A DNA stretch of 60,217 nucleotides, counting the filler. It is 4 parts of 4 records of this genome, joined end to end, with 100 filler letters (N's around TTAATTAATTAA, not from the genome) between each part and the next. Parts side by side here need not be neighbours in the genome. Positions count along the whole stretch, not along the records: positions 1 to 17,645 come from SRR31156797_529; 3 more parts are not named here. One strand, given 5' to 3'. Positions 1 through 9,994 of the stretch are shown piece after piece. Under the pieces are notes generated by a model that had not been told where the DNA came from, searched no databases, and was given only the letters and a program-made list of their open reading frames with translations. The translations under genes were made by a program, and so were the position numbers. Each line of letters opens with the position of its first letter. Position 1 is the stretch's first letter.

Positions 1-152
1 ACAAATCAATTTGTTAAGTTAATGACATTGCCTTGGATTCACAAAAAATGTAACTGCTGCAATAGAATCAGCTTGAGGAGCAAACGTATTGCAAGTAAAA
101 ACCGCGTTGACCTTTGATAGCGGTTGCAAATTTTAGCGAATAAGGAATTTGT

Positions 153-1292
153 GTGAAGAAAAGACAAACAATTCTCCATCTGGTAGGTTCTCTACAGATT
201 GGCGGGATGGAAATGCAATCTGTTCAATTGGTCAATCACATGGATATTTTCCAGTTTAGACCAATCTTATGCGTCTTTTCCGGGAAAAATGCAGGCCCAT
301 TGGAGCATTTGGTTGATAAAAACCGAGTTATGGTGCTCCGTTTGGGGTGGAGAATACGCCATTGGCCTTTAAATTTTCTTGAATTTTCTAAGATTCTTGT
401 AAAAGAAAATGTCCAAATTATTCACACACACGGCTTTGTCCCAGGGCTTTGGGGACGGTTTGCAGCTTGGTTTGTTCGTGTTCCGGTCGTTATAAGCCAT
501 GAACACGGAAAGACTCTATGGAAAAAACGACGGCACTATTTGTTCGAAAGAGTTGCGAATCGATTCACTGACATGCGTATAGCGGTCTCTGACGATATTT
601 TGCGACTGCGTGTTGCCCATGAGAAGGTTTCACCTGAAAAAATCATAACAATACCTAACGGCGTAGATCCTAGTAAATATGGACGTATCTGCGACAAACA
701 GGCTTTAAGACATGAGCTGAATTTGAATACACAACAATTTGTCATTGGCACGGTTGGCCGGCTCACAGCAGCCAAGGACTTCAATGTTTTGATCGATGCT
801 TTTCAAAAAATAGTAAAGGAAAGGAAAGAGGTTCGACTATTGCTTGTCGGCGATGGTGAATTAAGAGAGCAGCTTCAAAATTACAGCCTTTCCAAACTTA
901 AAGACCTCTCTTGTTTTGTCCGGTTCCTTGGCTCGCGCTCGGACATTCAAAATCTTTTACAAATTTTCGATATTTTTGTCATTTCTTCAAAACGGGAAGG
1001 CCTTCCCGTCGCATTGCTTGAGGCTATGGCCTCAGGAATTCCGGTTGTGGCTACAAGAGTCGGGGGAATCCCGGAAGTCATTCAGGATAATGTAAATGGT
1101 TTGCTTGTCCCACCTAATAACGCGGAAATTTTAGCCGAAAAGATTCTTTTTCTCTTGGAGCATAACAAGAAGCGGCAACAGCTAGGATGCAGAGCATATG
1201 AAACTATTATAGAAAAATATTCAATAAATCGTGTTTTAATAGAATTAAACCAATTATACTTAAAATTGCTAAATATAAAAAATATAGTGTGA
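153..1292 (+). CDS. Glycosyltransferase family 4 (GT-B, retaining)
   Basis: N-terminal GG(M)E motif, HTHG, and C-terminal EGLPVALLEAMASGIPVVAT GT4 signature; GTG start. Confidence 0.9.
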   Translation: MKKRQTILHLVGSLQIGGMEMQSVQLVNHMDIFQFRPILCVFSGKNAGPLEHLVDKNRVMVLRLGWRIRHWPLNFLEFSKILVKENVQIIHTHGFVPGLWGRFAAWFVRVPVVISHEHGKTLWKKRRHYLFERVANRFTDMRIAVSDDILRLRVAHEKVSPEKIITIPNGVDPSKYGRICDKQALRHELNLNTQQFVIGTVGRLTAAKDFNVLIDAFQKIVKERKEVRLLLVGDGELREQLQNYSLSKLKDLSCFVRFLGSRSDIQNLLQIFDIFVISSKREGLPVALLEAMASGIPVVATRVGGIPEVIQDNVNGLLVPPNNAEILAEKILFLLEHNKKRQQLGCRAYETIIEKYSINRVLIELNQLYLKLLNIKNIV

Positions 1293-1331
1293 CATCTTGT
1301 TAAATTCTACAAATAGCTCAGATAAAAACCA

Positions 1332-2516
1332 ATGAAAATACCTGTAATAATGTATCACAGTGTTGGAATGAATGAAACAGATTGGCTATGGTCACACATC
1401 AGTATGCCTGTAGCTCTTTTTGAAAATCAACTAAAGCTATTACACAGAAAAAGGTTTGAATCAATCGATCTATACGAATACTCCGCGCTTCAAGCTAAAA
1501 GGGAATATAAAAATCATAAAACTATTGTTCTCACGTTTGATGATGGATATCTGGACAATTGGGTTTTTGCATATCCTTTGCTTGAAAAATATGGTTTTAA
1601 AGCAACAATTTTTGTGAATCCTGAATTTGTTGATCCGGCTCAAAATGTCAGACCGAATCTAAAGGATGTATGGGAAGGACGATGCGATTATTCTGACCTT
1701 AAAATACCGGGGTTTCTCTCGTGGTCAGAACTGAAGATAATGAATGAAAGCGGTGTCATAGACATCCAATCTCACACAATGACGCACACATGGCACTTTT
1801 CTGGAAGCAAAATTCTTGATTTCCATCATCCTGGTGCGCAGAAAAAATATCCGTGGCTTTTCTGGAATGCCAGACCGGGTAGGAAGCACGCCTATTTGGT
1901 TGAAAATCAAGAATCGTTTATTCCCTATGGAACACCCATATATGAAAACCGAAGGGCACTCGGAGGTAAGCGGTATTTCCCCGATCAAGGGTTGGCAAAC
2001 GGTATTGTAACTTTAGCTGAACAGAGAGGGGGCGAGGAATTCTTTTGCAATGAAAGCTGGAGAGAAATTCTCTTCAATCAAGTTGAAAAATATAAAACAA
2101 ACAAAAACCTGCATGATCGATACGAGAAAAATGAAGAATTTAAACTAAGAACAATCGTCGAACTGAAGCAATGTAAGAGAATCCTGGAAAATAATTTAGG
2201 CAAAAAGATTGATTTTTTATGTTGGCCGGGAGGGGCGCTGACCGAGTATGCCGTGGAGATAGCAATTGAAGTTGGCTATAAGGGCGCTACATTGCCTTCT
2301 AGTAAGAACAACTGTGTAAGTTCAAAAAATCATTTCTGGATTGAAAGAATGGGTTGTGGGGGCCTGTTTGTGTGGAAAGGAAAAACTATTTGTGAAACAG
2401 GTTCCGGACTCTTTTTGCGGTCAATCGCCAATTTCCAGGGTAAACGTACGCCCTTGCTCCTCATGAGGTTAAAAAAATTGTACTATTTATTCAGATACTA
2501 TTTAGGTCCGAATTGA
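1332..2516 (+). CDS. Polysaccharide deacetylase (CE4/NodB family) with a long internal insertion
   Basis: IPVIMYH start, TFDDGY motif, QSHTMTH metal-binding motif, LCWPGG motif. Confidence 0.85.
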   Translation: MKIPVIMYHSVGMNETDWLWSHISMPVALFENQLKLLHRKRFESIDLYEYSALQAKREYKNHKTIVLTFDDGYLDNWVFAYPLLEKYGFKATIFVNPEFVDPAQNVRPNLKDVWEGRCDYSDLKIPGFLSWSELKIMNESGVIDIQSHTMTHTWHFSGSKILDFHHPGAQKKYPWLFWNARPGRKHAYLVENQESFIPYGTPIYENRRALGGKRYFPDQGLANGIVTLAEQRGGEEFFCNESWREILFNQVEKYKTNKNLHDRYEKNEEFKLRTIVELKQCKRILENNLGKKIDFLCWPGGALTEYAVEIAIEVGYKGATLPSSKNNCVSSKNHFWIERMGCGGLFVWKGKTICETGSGLFLRSIANFQGKRTPLLLMRLKKLYYLFRYYLGPN

Positions 2517-2566
2517 GTTAGTAAACGACGGCATTAAACACATTACGCGAAAAGAACAGTTTCGAT

Positions 2567-3937
2567 ATGACATTATTCAACGAAAAAATAGAGCTGAAAA
2601 CACTAAGAAAATATGCTTTTTCTACATACCATAACTTTATTCGTCGCGACGTATTGCACAATGCTTGGCATTCTCTTGAATTATCTCAATGGTGGGATGC
2701 TGGTCGGCTTGAGAAATATCAGCGCAAAAAATTAGCAAATCTTCTCCATCATGCATACGTCAACGTCCCCTACTATCAAAAGATATTTAGGGAGGCATGC
2801 GTATCGGAATCTGACTTGGAAAACCCTGAATCTCTAATTCGGTTGCCGCTTTTGGATAAAAGCATCATCCGAGAGAATTATACAAATTTATGCACTAAAA
2901 ATTTACACCAATATCAAACAAAAGAAAGTTCAACCAGCGGTTCCACTGGTGAAAGCCTTTTTTTCCTAGTTGACGAAACAAATAGTGCTTACAGGAGGGC
3001 TTCGACTTTTCGCAATTTCGGCTGGTGCGGTATAAGCCCTTTTGACCGTCAGGCATTATTATGGGGTGCACGGTTTGATGAACCACCAAAGAAAACCATT
3101 AACGACCGACTGAAAATGTGGGCGAGACCAGTTCTTTTCCTTTCATCATATGACCTCTCCGAAACAATGATGGCAGAGTACGTTACACAATTGCAAACCT
3201 TTTATCCGAAGTTGCTGATCAGTTATCCAAGTCCTATGGTACGTTTCGCCGAGTTTTGCATGGACCGAAAAATTCTTGTACCATCGCTCAATGCAATCAT
3301 ATGTTCGGCGGAACAGCTGTTTGACTATCAGCGAGAAACTATTGAGAATGCCTTTGGAGTGCCTGTTTTTAATCGTTATGGTTCTCGGGAGTTTGCAGAC
3401 GTTGCTCAGGAGTGTGAAAAACACAGTGGACAACATATCAATGCTGAGCACGTTTATATAGAGATTCTCGATGAAAATGGTAGGCATTGCCCCCCGGGCA
3501 AGCTTGGCGAGCTTGTGATTACAGACCTTGACAATTTTGCAATGCCCTTGATTCGATACCGGATCGGAGATATGGCTGCATGGGGTAATCGAAACTGTTC
3601 CTGTGGCAGAGGCCTCCCTTTGCTTGACAGAGTTGAAGGTCGCGCTTTTGATCTTATAAAGACTGAATCCGGAAAATATCTTTCGGGGACGTTCTGGACA
3701 TTATTGTTAAGGTTTATATCGCAAGATATTACGTCGTTTCAAGTAAGGCAGGAGAGTATTGACAGAATTGAAATTGTTTTACAAACAACATCTGAAAAAC
3801 TTCCTGAAGGGTCACATCGGAAACTTCTTCAAAAGATTGCAGAAAAAGCACCGGATCTTGAAGTTCATATCAAGTATGTAGATGAAATTGCATTGACAAG
3901 ATCGGGGAAGAGGAGATTTGTAATAAGTAACCTTTAG
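2567..3937 (+). CDS. Phenylacetate-CoA ligase family adenylate-forming enzyme (CapK-like, polysaccharide-associated)
   Basis: TSGSTG P-loop, YGSRE, RYRIGD, C-terminal SGKRR; located inside a polysaccharide operon. Confidence 0.85.
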   Translation: MTLFNEKIELKTLRKYAFSTYHNFIRRDVLHNAWHSLELSQWWDAGRLEKYQRKKLANLLHHAYVNVPYYQKIFREACVSESDLENPESLIRLPLLDKSIIRENYTNLCTKNLHQYQTKESSTSGSTGESLFFLVDETNSAYRRASTFRNFGWCGISPFDRQALLWGARFDEPPKKTINDRLKMWARPVLFLSSYDLSETMMAEYVTQLQTFYPKLLISYPSPMVRFAEFCMDRKILVPSLNAIICSAEQLFDYQRETIENAFGVPVFNRYGSREFADVAQECEKHSGQHINAEHVYIEILDENGRHCPPGKLGELVITDLDNFAMPLIRYRIGDMAAWGNRNCSCGRGLPLLDRVEGRAFDLIKTESGKYLSGTFWTLLLRFISQDITSFQVRQESIDRIEIVLQTTSEKLPEGSHRKLLQKIAEKAPDLEVHIKYVDEIALTRSGKRRFVISNL

Positions 3938-3991
3938 ATGTGGTTTTTGTGATTAGGTATTTTGATATATGCTAATATTAGGAGTCATTCC

Positions 3992-4750
3992 ATGGTAACC
4001 TTTTTTACACCTCAGAAAACTGATCAACCGAAATGCTCCCACCTAACAATGGGCAGGAAATACCTAAATCATCTGAAAAATATTGACCAACCTGGCCCCA
4101 AAAAATGCTTGAAACTAATACTCGATGGCCTATCACTTCCTATTAAAGGTAATGTGCTCGAAATCGGTCCAGGCTGCGGGAAATACGCTGTCGAATTGGC
4201 AATGAGAAGATACAAGTATTTAGGATTAGATGTGGTTCGAGAAAATGTAGAATTATGGAAAATATTAAAAAGTACCTACCAGATAAATGGTGATGTTCAA
4301 TTATTGGATGTTTGTGAAGTGGAGGACATTTATGATGAATACGATGGTATTTTAGCAGTGTCCACTTTTGAACATATTCACGATCGAAAGCACGCCTTAA
4401 AACAATGCTATAATATGCTTAAATTGGGAGGCCGCTTAGTTATTCTTGACGGAAATCTGTTAGACCCTCGTTTGTGGCTAGAAATGTTAATCAAAAGACC
4501 TATTTGCAGAAAGGATCCATTGTCTGCAATAAACTGGTTTTTAAACAGAGAACGTATCTATGGCGATTACGGAATGGGGTGGAAAGGTAAGGATGAGGCT
4601 GTAAAATCTGTTTTCTGGTGGCGTAGAAATTTGTCTGACTATGGTTTTCGTTTTATAAGCGCTACAACCACTGGTTATTATAATAAATGGCTGCGATGTT
4701 CGAACCTTTGGCCTGTTGTAGGAATGGTTTATGTCGTAGCTACAAAATAA
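3992..4750 (+). CDS. Class I SAM-dependent methyltransferase
   Basis: VLEIGPGCG SAM motif, FEHI, LKLGGRL. ATG 3992 is preferred over the ORF-track start 3962 because AGGAG lies just upstream. Confidence 0.8.
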   Translation: MVTFFTPQKTDQPKCSHLTMGRKYLNHLKNIDQPGPKKCLKLILDGLSLPIKGNVLEIGPGCGKYAVELAMRRYKYLGLDVVRENVELWKILKSTYQINGDVQLLDVCEVEDIYDEYDGILAVSTFEHIHDRKHALKQCYNMLKLGGRLVILDGNLLDPRLWLEMLIKRPICRKDPLSAINWFLNRERIYGDYGMGWKGKDEAVKSVFWWRRNLSDYGFRFISATTTGYYNKWLRCSNLWPVVGMVYVVATK

Positions 4751-4754
4751 AAAC

Positions 4755-5444
4755 ATGTCTAATAAAATCATATCTGAGGCCTTCAAAGTTATCAAATTTT
4801 TGCTAAAACCTCCAGCATCCACCAATAATTACTGGCAGAAAAAGCAGTTGCCAATTTTTCTTTCTTCACTAGAAGGCGTCACTGTGAATATTGGCTCAAA
4901 AAACAGAACATTGGGAAATGAAGTCCTTTATGCAGACATACAACATGCGAATAATCTTGACATTACATGTGATATCCATGTCCTGCCCTTCAAGGATAAT
5001 AGTGTAGGCGGAATTGTGTTGACGGCCGTACTTGAGCATGTACATAGCCCTTTACGGGCTGTTGCAGAGTGCTATAGAGTGTTAGCGCCCGGGGGGGGGA
5101 TGTATGTGTCTATCCCATTTATGCAGGGATACCATGCTGATCCCAATGATTTTCAGAGATATACACATAGAGGAATTGAAAAACTGTTTGAAAATTTTGA
5201 AATTGAAGATTTAGTGAAAACAAGAGGGGTAGGATCTTCAATGGCTGGGATGCTGAGGGAATTTTTTTCCATAGTATTCTCCTTTAACAATGAAACGCTG
5301 TACAAGTGCCTTAAACACGCATTCGGTTGGATGTTCTTTCCCTTAAAATATGTGGATTTTCTAACTGTCAACAACCGGTTTGAACATATCATTGCTTCGG
5401 GGTTCACCGTTATTGCGAGGAAGGGGCAGACTAGAGAAGCGTGA
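4755..5444 (+). CDS. Class I SAM-dependent methyltransferase (Methyltransf_11-like)
   Basis: VNIGS, DIHVLPFKDNS, VLEHV, RVLAPGG, HADPNDFQRYT motifs typical of polysaccharide-locus methyltransferases. Confidence 0.8.
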   Translation: MSNKIISEAFKVIKFLLKPPASTNNYWQKKQLPIFLSSLEGVTVNIGSKNRTLGNEVLYADIQHANNLDITCDIHVLPFKDNSVGGIVLTAVLEHVHSPLRAVAECYRVLAPGGGMYVSIPFMQGYHADPNDFQRYTHRGIEKLFENFEIEDLVKTRGVGSSMAGMLREFFSIVFSFNNETLYKCLKHAFGWMFFPLKYVDFLTVNNRFEHIIASGFTVIARKGQTREA

Positions 5445-5447
5445 TTT

Positions 5448-6548
5448 ATGAAAATCTGTTTCATTTCCAAAAATGTATATCCGGTCGCTTCAAACAGCCC
5501 TGCCAATTTTGCGGGGGGAGGCGAAATTCAGCTTTTAGCACTGGCTCATAAATTCAAAAATATGGGTAATACTGTTGAATTTATAACGGATGATTTTGGT
5601 CAAAGAGCTAGTGATAATATTGATGGAATTAAATACATAAAAGTTCCCTTTAGGTATATGAACGGTAGAAAATTTCACATACTGAGGGACTGGCTCATTT
5701 TGTATCACAAAATGAACAAAATACAGGCTGATGTTTACATCTTAAAAGGTCCGCGGTTTAATCTCTTCATTGTCGGTCTTTTCGGAATATTTTCGAAAAA
5801 AAGAATCGTTTTCATATCAACCATAGACACGGATAGCGATCCGGCAATCATGCGCGGAATTGACCATTTGCACAACCGTTTCCTTTATTGGCTGGGATTG
5901 CAAATGGTTCCGTTGGTAGTATCCCAATCAGATCAACAGCAAGTTAATTTTTTAAAGAATTTCCGAAAAAAGACGTCTATTATTAAAAATATTTATTCTA
6001 TAAATAAAGGTCGGTCCGAAATAAAACAATCAACGGCCCTATGGGTAGGAACCAACAAAAAAGTAAAACGCCCAGATCTTTTCCTGGAGTTTGCCAGAAA
6101 AACCCCTGAAATCAAATATAGAATGGCAATGGTACCTTCAAGGAATTCTTACACTCAATATAGATTGGAACAGGAAATAAAAAAAAATCGTAATATCGAA
6201 TATCTTGGGTTTGTGCCCGAAAATGAAATGGGGAAAATATACGCCCAATCTTCAGTACTGGTCAATGTTTCCGAATTGGAAGGTTTTCCCAATGTGTTTC
6301 TTCATGCCTGGGCACATAAGACCCCGGTTGTAAGTCTTAAAATCAATCCCGATGGTATAATCAATAAACACAAAATTGGATTTTGCTCCGGCACCATGAA
6401 ACAGATGATTAATGATGTGCGTTTACTTTTCCAAAATGATCAATTGCGAAAAGAGATGGGAAATAATGGATATAAATATGTCAAAAAAGAGCATGATCCT
6501 GATAAAATCGCTCAACAATATATCCGTCTTTTTAAAGAGGTGAATTAA
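5448..6548 (+). CDS. Glycosyltransferase family 4
   Basis: GGGE N-terminal motif; EGFPNVFLHAWAHKTPVV variant of the GT4 E-x7-E motif (second E replaced by H). Confidence 0.8.
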   Translation: MKICFISKNVYPVASNSPANFAGGGEIQLLALAHKFKNMGNTVEFITDDFGQRASDNIDGIKYIKVPFRYMNGRKFHILRDWLILYHKMNKIQADVYILKGPRFNLFIVGLFGIFSKKRIVFISTIDTDSDPAIMRGIDHLHNRFLYWLGLQMVPLVVSQSDQQQVNFLKNFRKKTSIIKNIYSINKGRSEIKQSTALWVGTNKKVKRPDLFLEFARKTPEIKYRMAMVPSRNSYTQYRLEQEIKKNRNIEYLGFVPENEMGKIYAQSSVLVNVSELEGFPNVFLHAWAHKTPVVSLKINPDGIINKHKIGFCSGTMKQMINDVRLLFQNDQLRKEMGNNGYKYVKKEHDPDKIAQQYIRLFKEVN

Positions 6549-7523
6549 ATGATTCTTGTGACCGGAGGTGCAGGTTATATCGGTTCTGTTTGTGTGGAGC
6601 AGTTGTTGGCGCAGGGCAACGAAGTCTTGGTTATCGACAACCTGATCGAGGGAAATCGGGACGCGGTATTACCTGAAGCGATTTTTGTTCAAGGTGATTT
6701 CGGGGACAAAAATATTTTGCATGAAATATTCACAAGGTATCCTGTGGATGCAGTTGTTCATTTTGCCGCTCACGCCAGCGTGCCCCTGTCCATGGCTGAT
6801 CCGGCAGGATTCTACCAGAACAACATCGTCAACGGAATCAACCTATTGGATGCGATGGTGCAACATGATTGTCAGAAGATGATATTTTCCTCCAGTGCTT
6901 CGACATTCGGAGAACCGCAATATACGCCCATTGATGAGAAACATCCTCAAGTGCCGATCAACCCCTATGGCGAAACCAAGTTGGCGTTTGAGAAAATGCT
7001 TTACTGGTATCATAAGGCATATGGGCTTAAAGTAAATTCATTTCGGTACTTCAATGCCTCCGGAGCATCGGAGGATTTGGGCGAGGCGCACAAGCATGAG
7101 AGTCATCTCATACCATTAATCATCCAGGCAGCGACGGGGAAACGAGAGAAACTCGAAGTTTATGGCAATGATTACAACACAAAGGATGGTACCTGCGTTA
7201 GGGACTATGTGCACGTCATCGATATCGCCGACGCCCATATTCGCTCAATTGACAATCTGGATAAATACCCTTTTGCCACCTATAATCTTGGAGGAAGCAA
7301 GGGATATACCGTTAATGAAGTAATCAATGCGGTGCAGGACGTAAACGGATTAAAAGTCCCGTTTGAATATGTCGGGCGGAGGGAAGGTGATCCTGCGGTT
7401 TTAGTCGCGAGCCACAGTCTAGCCCAAAAAGAATTAGGCTGGAACCCCTCTTATAATCTTCAGCAAATAGTGGAAAGCGCGTGGAATTGGCATGAGAACC
7501 ATCCCAAGGGCTACGGTAAATAG
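6549..7523 (+). CDS. galE: UDP-glucose 4-epimerase
   Basis: TGGAGYIGS Rossmann motif, YGETK (YxxxK), FRYFNA, DGTCVRDYVHV, RREGDP. Confidence 0.93.
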   Translation: MILVTGGAGYIGSVCVEQLLAQGNEVLVIDNLIEGNRDAVLPEAIFVQGDFGDKNILHEIFTRYPVDAVVHFAAHASVPLSMADPAGFYQNNIVNGINLLDAMVQHDCQKMIFSSSASTFGEPQYTPIDEKHPQVPINPYGETKLAFEKMLYWYHKAYGLKVNSFRYFNASGASEDLGEAHKHESHLIPLIIQAATGKREKLEVYGNDYNTKDGTCVRDYVHVIDIADAHIRSIDNLDKYPFATYNLGGSKGYTVNEVINAVQDVNGLKVPFEYVGRREGDPAVLVASHSLAQKELGWNPSYNLQQIVESAWNWHENHPKGYGK

Positions 7524-8658
7524 AGTGGCAGAGCTCTCAAATAGGAAAGTAAAACTCGTTATTTTCAGTGCGGTCTTTGTTGACCGTGGCGCCGAAAGGA
7601 TCATGCTGTGGCTGGAGAAACATTTGCCGAAGCGTGAATACGATATCAGGCTCGTTTGTCTCAGAAGTTTGGCCCCTTATGCAGAAAGGTTGAAAGGGAT
7701 GGGCGGCCCTGAAGTCCACGTTATGGGCATGCGCCACCCATTCGATGTTGTTGCGATTTTGCGCCTCTTTCTTTTTTTAAGGGGTTTCAAACCCGATATT
7801 TTGCATATTCACAGCTTTCGCTCGGCCGTAGTGGGAAGGCCTATTGCCCGATTGGCGGGTGTTCCTGTGATTATTTATTCCGTGCATAATCGGTGGGGGG
7901 GGCGAATACATTATGCGCTCGATAGATGGACAACCAGATTTAGTGACGCGACGATACCTTTTTCGTTAGCGGTAAAAAAGTTTTTGTTAGATGAAGAAAA
8001 ACTTGATGCCCGCAAAGTGAAAGATCCCGTTTATATCGGGATAGATATAGATAAATTCAGTGTAAAAGATACATCCGCGCTCGTTAAAATCAGAGAGGAA
8101 TTAGAGCTTAGCGAAGATAATGAAGTGATTGGATTTGTAGGCGCTTTATCAGCGCAGAAAGGGTTGTCCTACCTTATAGATGCAGTCAGCAACCTGCATC
8201 ACGATTTTCCGGATTTACGGTGTCTTTTGATTGGCGAGGGAGATCAGGCAGAGTATCTTAGGGCAAAAGTGGATGATTTGGGATTACAAAATCATGTTTT
8301 CTTTTTAGGCCAACGTTACGACATCCCTGTTCTTCTCAACTTGATGGATGTTTTTGTTCTGCCGTCGCTATGGGAAGGTCTCCCACAGGTTGTTTTGGAA
8401 GCTATGGCTGCAAAATGTGCTGTCCTTGCTACTGCAGTGGATGGCACTCCTGAAATCATCACTCATAACATCGATGGGTGTTTGGTAGCGCCTTGTGATA
8501 GCAATGCTTTAACAAATTCACTTAAGAATTTACTTAATAATGCTGAATTGAGATTACATTTAGCTAAAAATGGATATGAAACCGTTTGCGAACGCTTTTC
8601 AATGGCCCGAATGGTTTCAGACTTTGATAATATCTATAAGCGCTATTTATTTGCTTAA
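7492..8658 (+). CDS. Glycosyltransferase family 4
   Basis: EGLPQVVLEAMA signature; the true start may be the in-frame GTG at 7525, just after the galE stop. Confidence 0.88.
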   Translation: MRTIPRATVNRVAELSNRKVKLVIFSAVFVDRGAERIMLWLEKHLPKREYDIRLVCLRSLAPYAERLKGMGGPEVHVMGMRHPFDVVAILRLFLFLRGFKPDILHIHSFRSAVVGRPIARLAGVPVIIYSVHNRWGGRIHYALDRWTTRFSDATIPFSLAVKKFLLDEEKLDARKVKDPVYIGIDIDKFSVKDTSALVKIREELELSEDNEVIGFVGALSAQKGLSYLIDAVSNLHHDFPDLRCLLIGEGDQAEYLRAKVDDLGLQNHVFFLGQRYDIPVLLNLMDVFVLPSLWEGLPQVVLEAMAAKCAVLATAVDGTPEIITHNIDGCLVAPCDSNALTNSLKNLLNNAELRLHLAKNGYETVCERFSMARMVSDFDNIYKRYLFA

Positions 8659-8660
8659 CA

Positions 8661-8894
8661 GTGACTGAACTGTCGAACAAATATTTACCACTTCCTTCCT
8701 TCAAGAATCCATGGTTCCTTCTTCCCGTGGATGATCCTGGACCCTTTCGATATTATGTGCTTTATGTTTTGTCCTCACAATACAGATCTCGTCGACTTAT
8801 TATAAGGGTTTTGAGGTTATGTATCAGTTTGGGTGGACATCGCCTGTGGCCAGTTGCGGCAAAAGTGTTGTTGAAATTCGCCTCAAAGGAATGA
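8661..8894 (+). CDS. Small hypothetical protein (77 aa), possibly the detached N-terminal module of the downstream kinase
   Basis: Fills the gap between the GT4 stop and the kinase in operon orientation; no family recognised. Confidence 0.45.
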   Translation: MTELSNKYLPLPSFKNPWFLLPVDDPGPFRYYVLYVLSSQYRSRRLIIRVLRLCISLGGHRLWPVAAKVLLKFASKE

Positions 8895-8944
8895 ATTGCC
8901 CTGACAAACAACCAGGCCTGACGTAAGCAAGTATTTCATGGCGG

Positions 8945-9994
8945 GTGCAGACCCATGATAAAATTTTGTTTCTTGAATTAAAAGAAGTTATTCTCAAATC
9001 CTGGGAAAATTGGGGCCTGGGCCCAGTTCCAGTTGATATTTCCTTCATACGCCGGTCATCCACGTGGCTTGGCGATGCCGGCAAAGAAGTTTATTTTATA
9101 TTCCAAAAAGGCGATGTGTTGCCTTCCTTGTTTGCGAAAACTGTTGCATCGGCGGATTATGGGGCGACGATTAATAAGGAAGCGAATAACGTCCGTTATG
9201 TTCGGAACAGCATTTCACCAATTTGCAAGAATCACGTACCTCAACCGCTGGGAATCTTCGAGATCAATGATATCCCGATATACTTCGAAAAGGCAACGCC
9301 TGGGATCGTTTTCCCCGATAAAGTGAATTCTTGTTGGCTAGAAAGTTCAAAGAAGAAACTAATCGAACGAACAGTTTTTGAAATTTCAAAGTGGATAAGT
9401 GAATTTCAGAATGCTTTAGGGGGTAAACAAATTGTCGTGAATTCGGAATTCATTGAAGAACAATTTATCCAGCCAATATCTAAATTCAAAATCAAAAATA
9501 TTCTAAAGAAACAAGAACTCAAGTACTTACACCGCATCGAACATCTTGGAAATTCAATGGAAGGTGAGTCGTTGTTAATACCACCAGTGCATGGTGACTT
9601 GTGGGGCGGAAGCCTTTTATGGGGAATAGATAAAAAGTTGTATGTAATTGACTGGGAATTTTTTGAACCTGCAGGGCTTCCGCTTTATGATTTTCTATAC
9701 TTTGCTATTCATCCAGGTTTTGTCATAGCACACGGGCAGGGTATTGGATTGCTAAGTGAATTTATGAACCTTTTTTACAACAACTATTTTTCAAAGCTGA
9801 TTCGGGAGCATCTCATAAAAAACATTAAAACGGCAGGTATTGAATCATGGGAGGTTATTGAGTTGCTTCTCGCCACACTTTTAGTACGTTTGTCTTTAGA
9901 AAGGGATAATAGAAAAGATACAGGTGATTCGTGGAAAGGATTGTTGCAATATCTAATTGAAGATTTCTCATGTTTTGAGATATTGAAAATATGA
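8945..9994 (+). CDS. Aminoglycoside-phosphotransferase/choline-kinase-like kinase
   Basis: HGDLW catalytic loop, VIDWE metal-binding motif, FAK lysine; stop overlaps the next ATG. Confidence 0.75.
   Translation: MQTHDKILFLELKEVILKSWENWGLGPVPVDISFIRRSSTWLGDAGKEVYFIFQKGDVLPSLFAKTVASADYGATINKEANNVRYVRNSISPICKNHVPQPLGIFEINDIPIYFEKATPGIVFPDKVNSCWLESSKKKLIERTVFEISKWISEFQNALGGKQIVVNSEFIEEQFIQPISKFKIKNILKKQELKYLHRIEHLGNSMEGESLLIPPVHGDLWGGSLLWGIDKKLYVIDWEFFEPAGLPLYDFLYFAIHPGFVIAHGQGIGLLSEFMNLFYNNYFSKLIREHLIKNIKTAGIESWEVIELLLATLLVRLSLERDNRKDTGDSWKGLLQYLIEDFSCFEILKI

Noticed and set aside
1-117. Open frame ending in TGA at 115-117 (TNQFVKLMTLPW...RVDL)
   Set aside because: May be the tail of an upstream gene, but it is too short to identify or support
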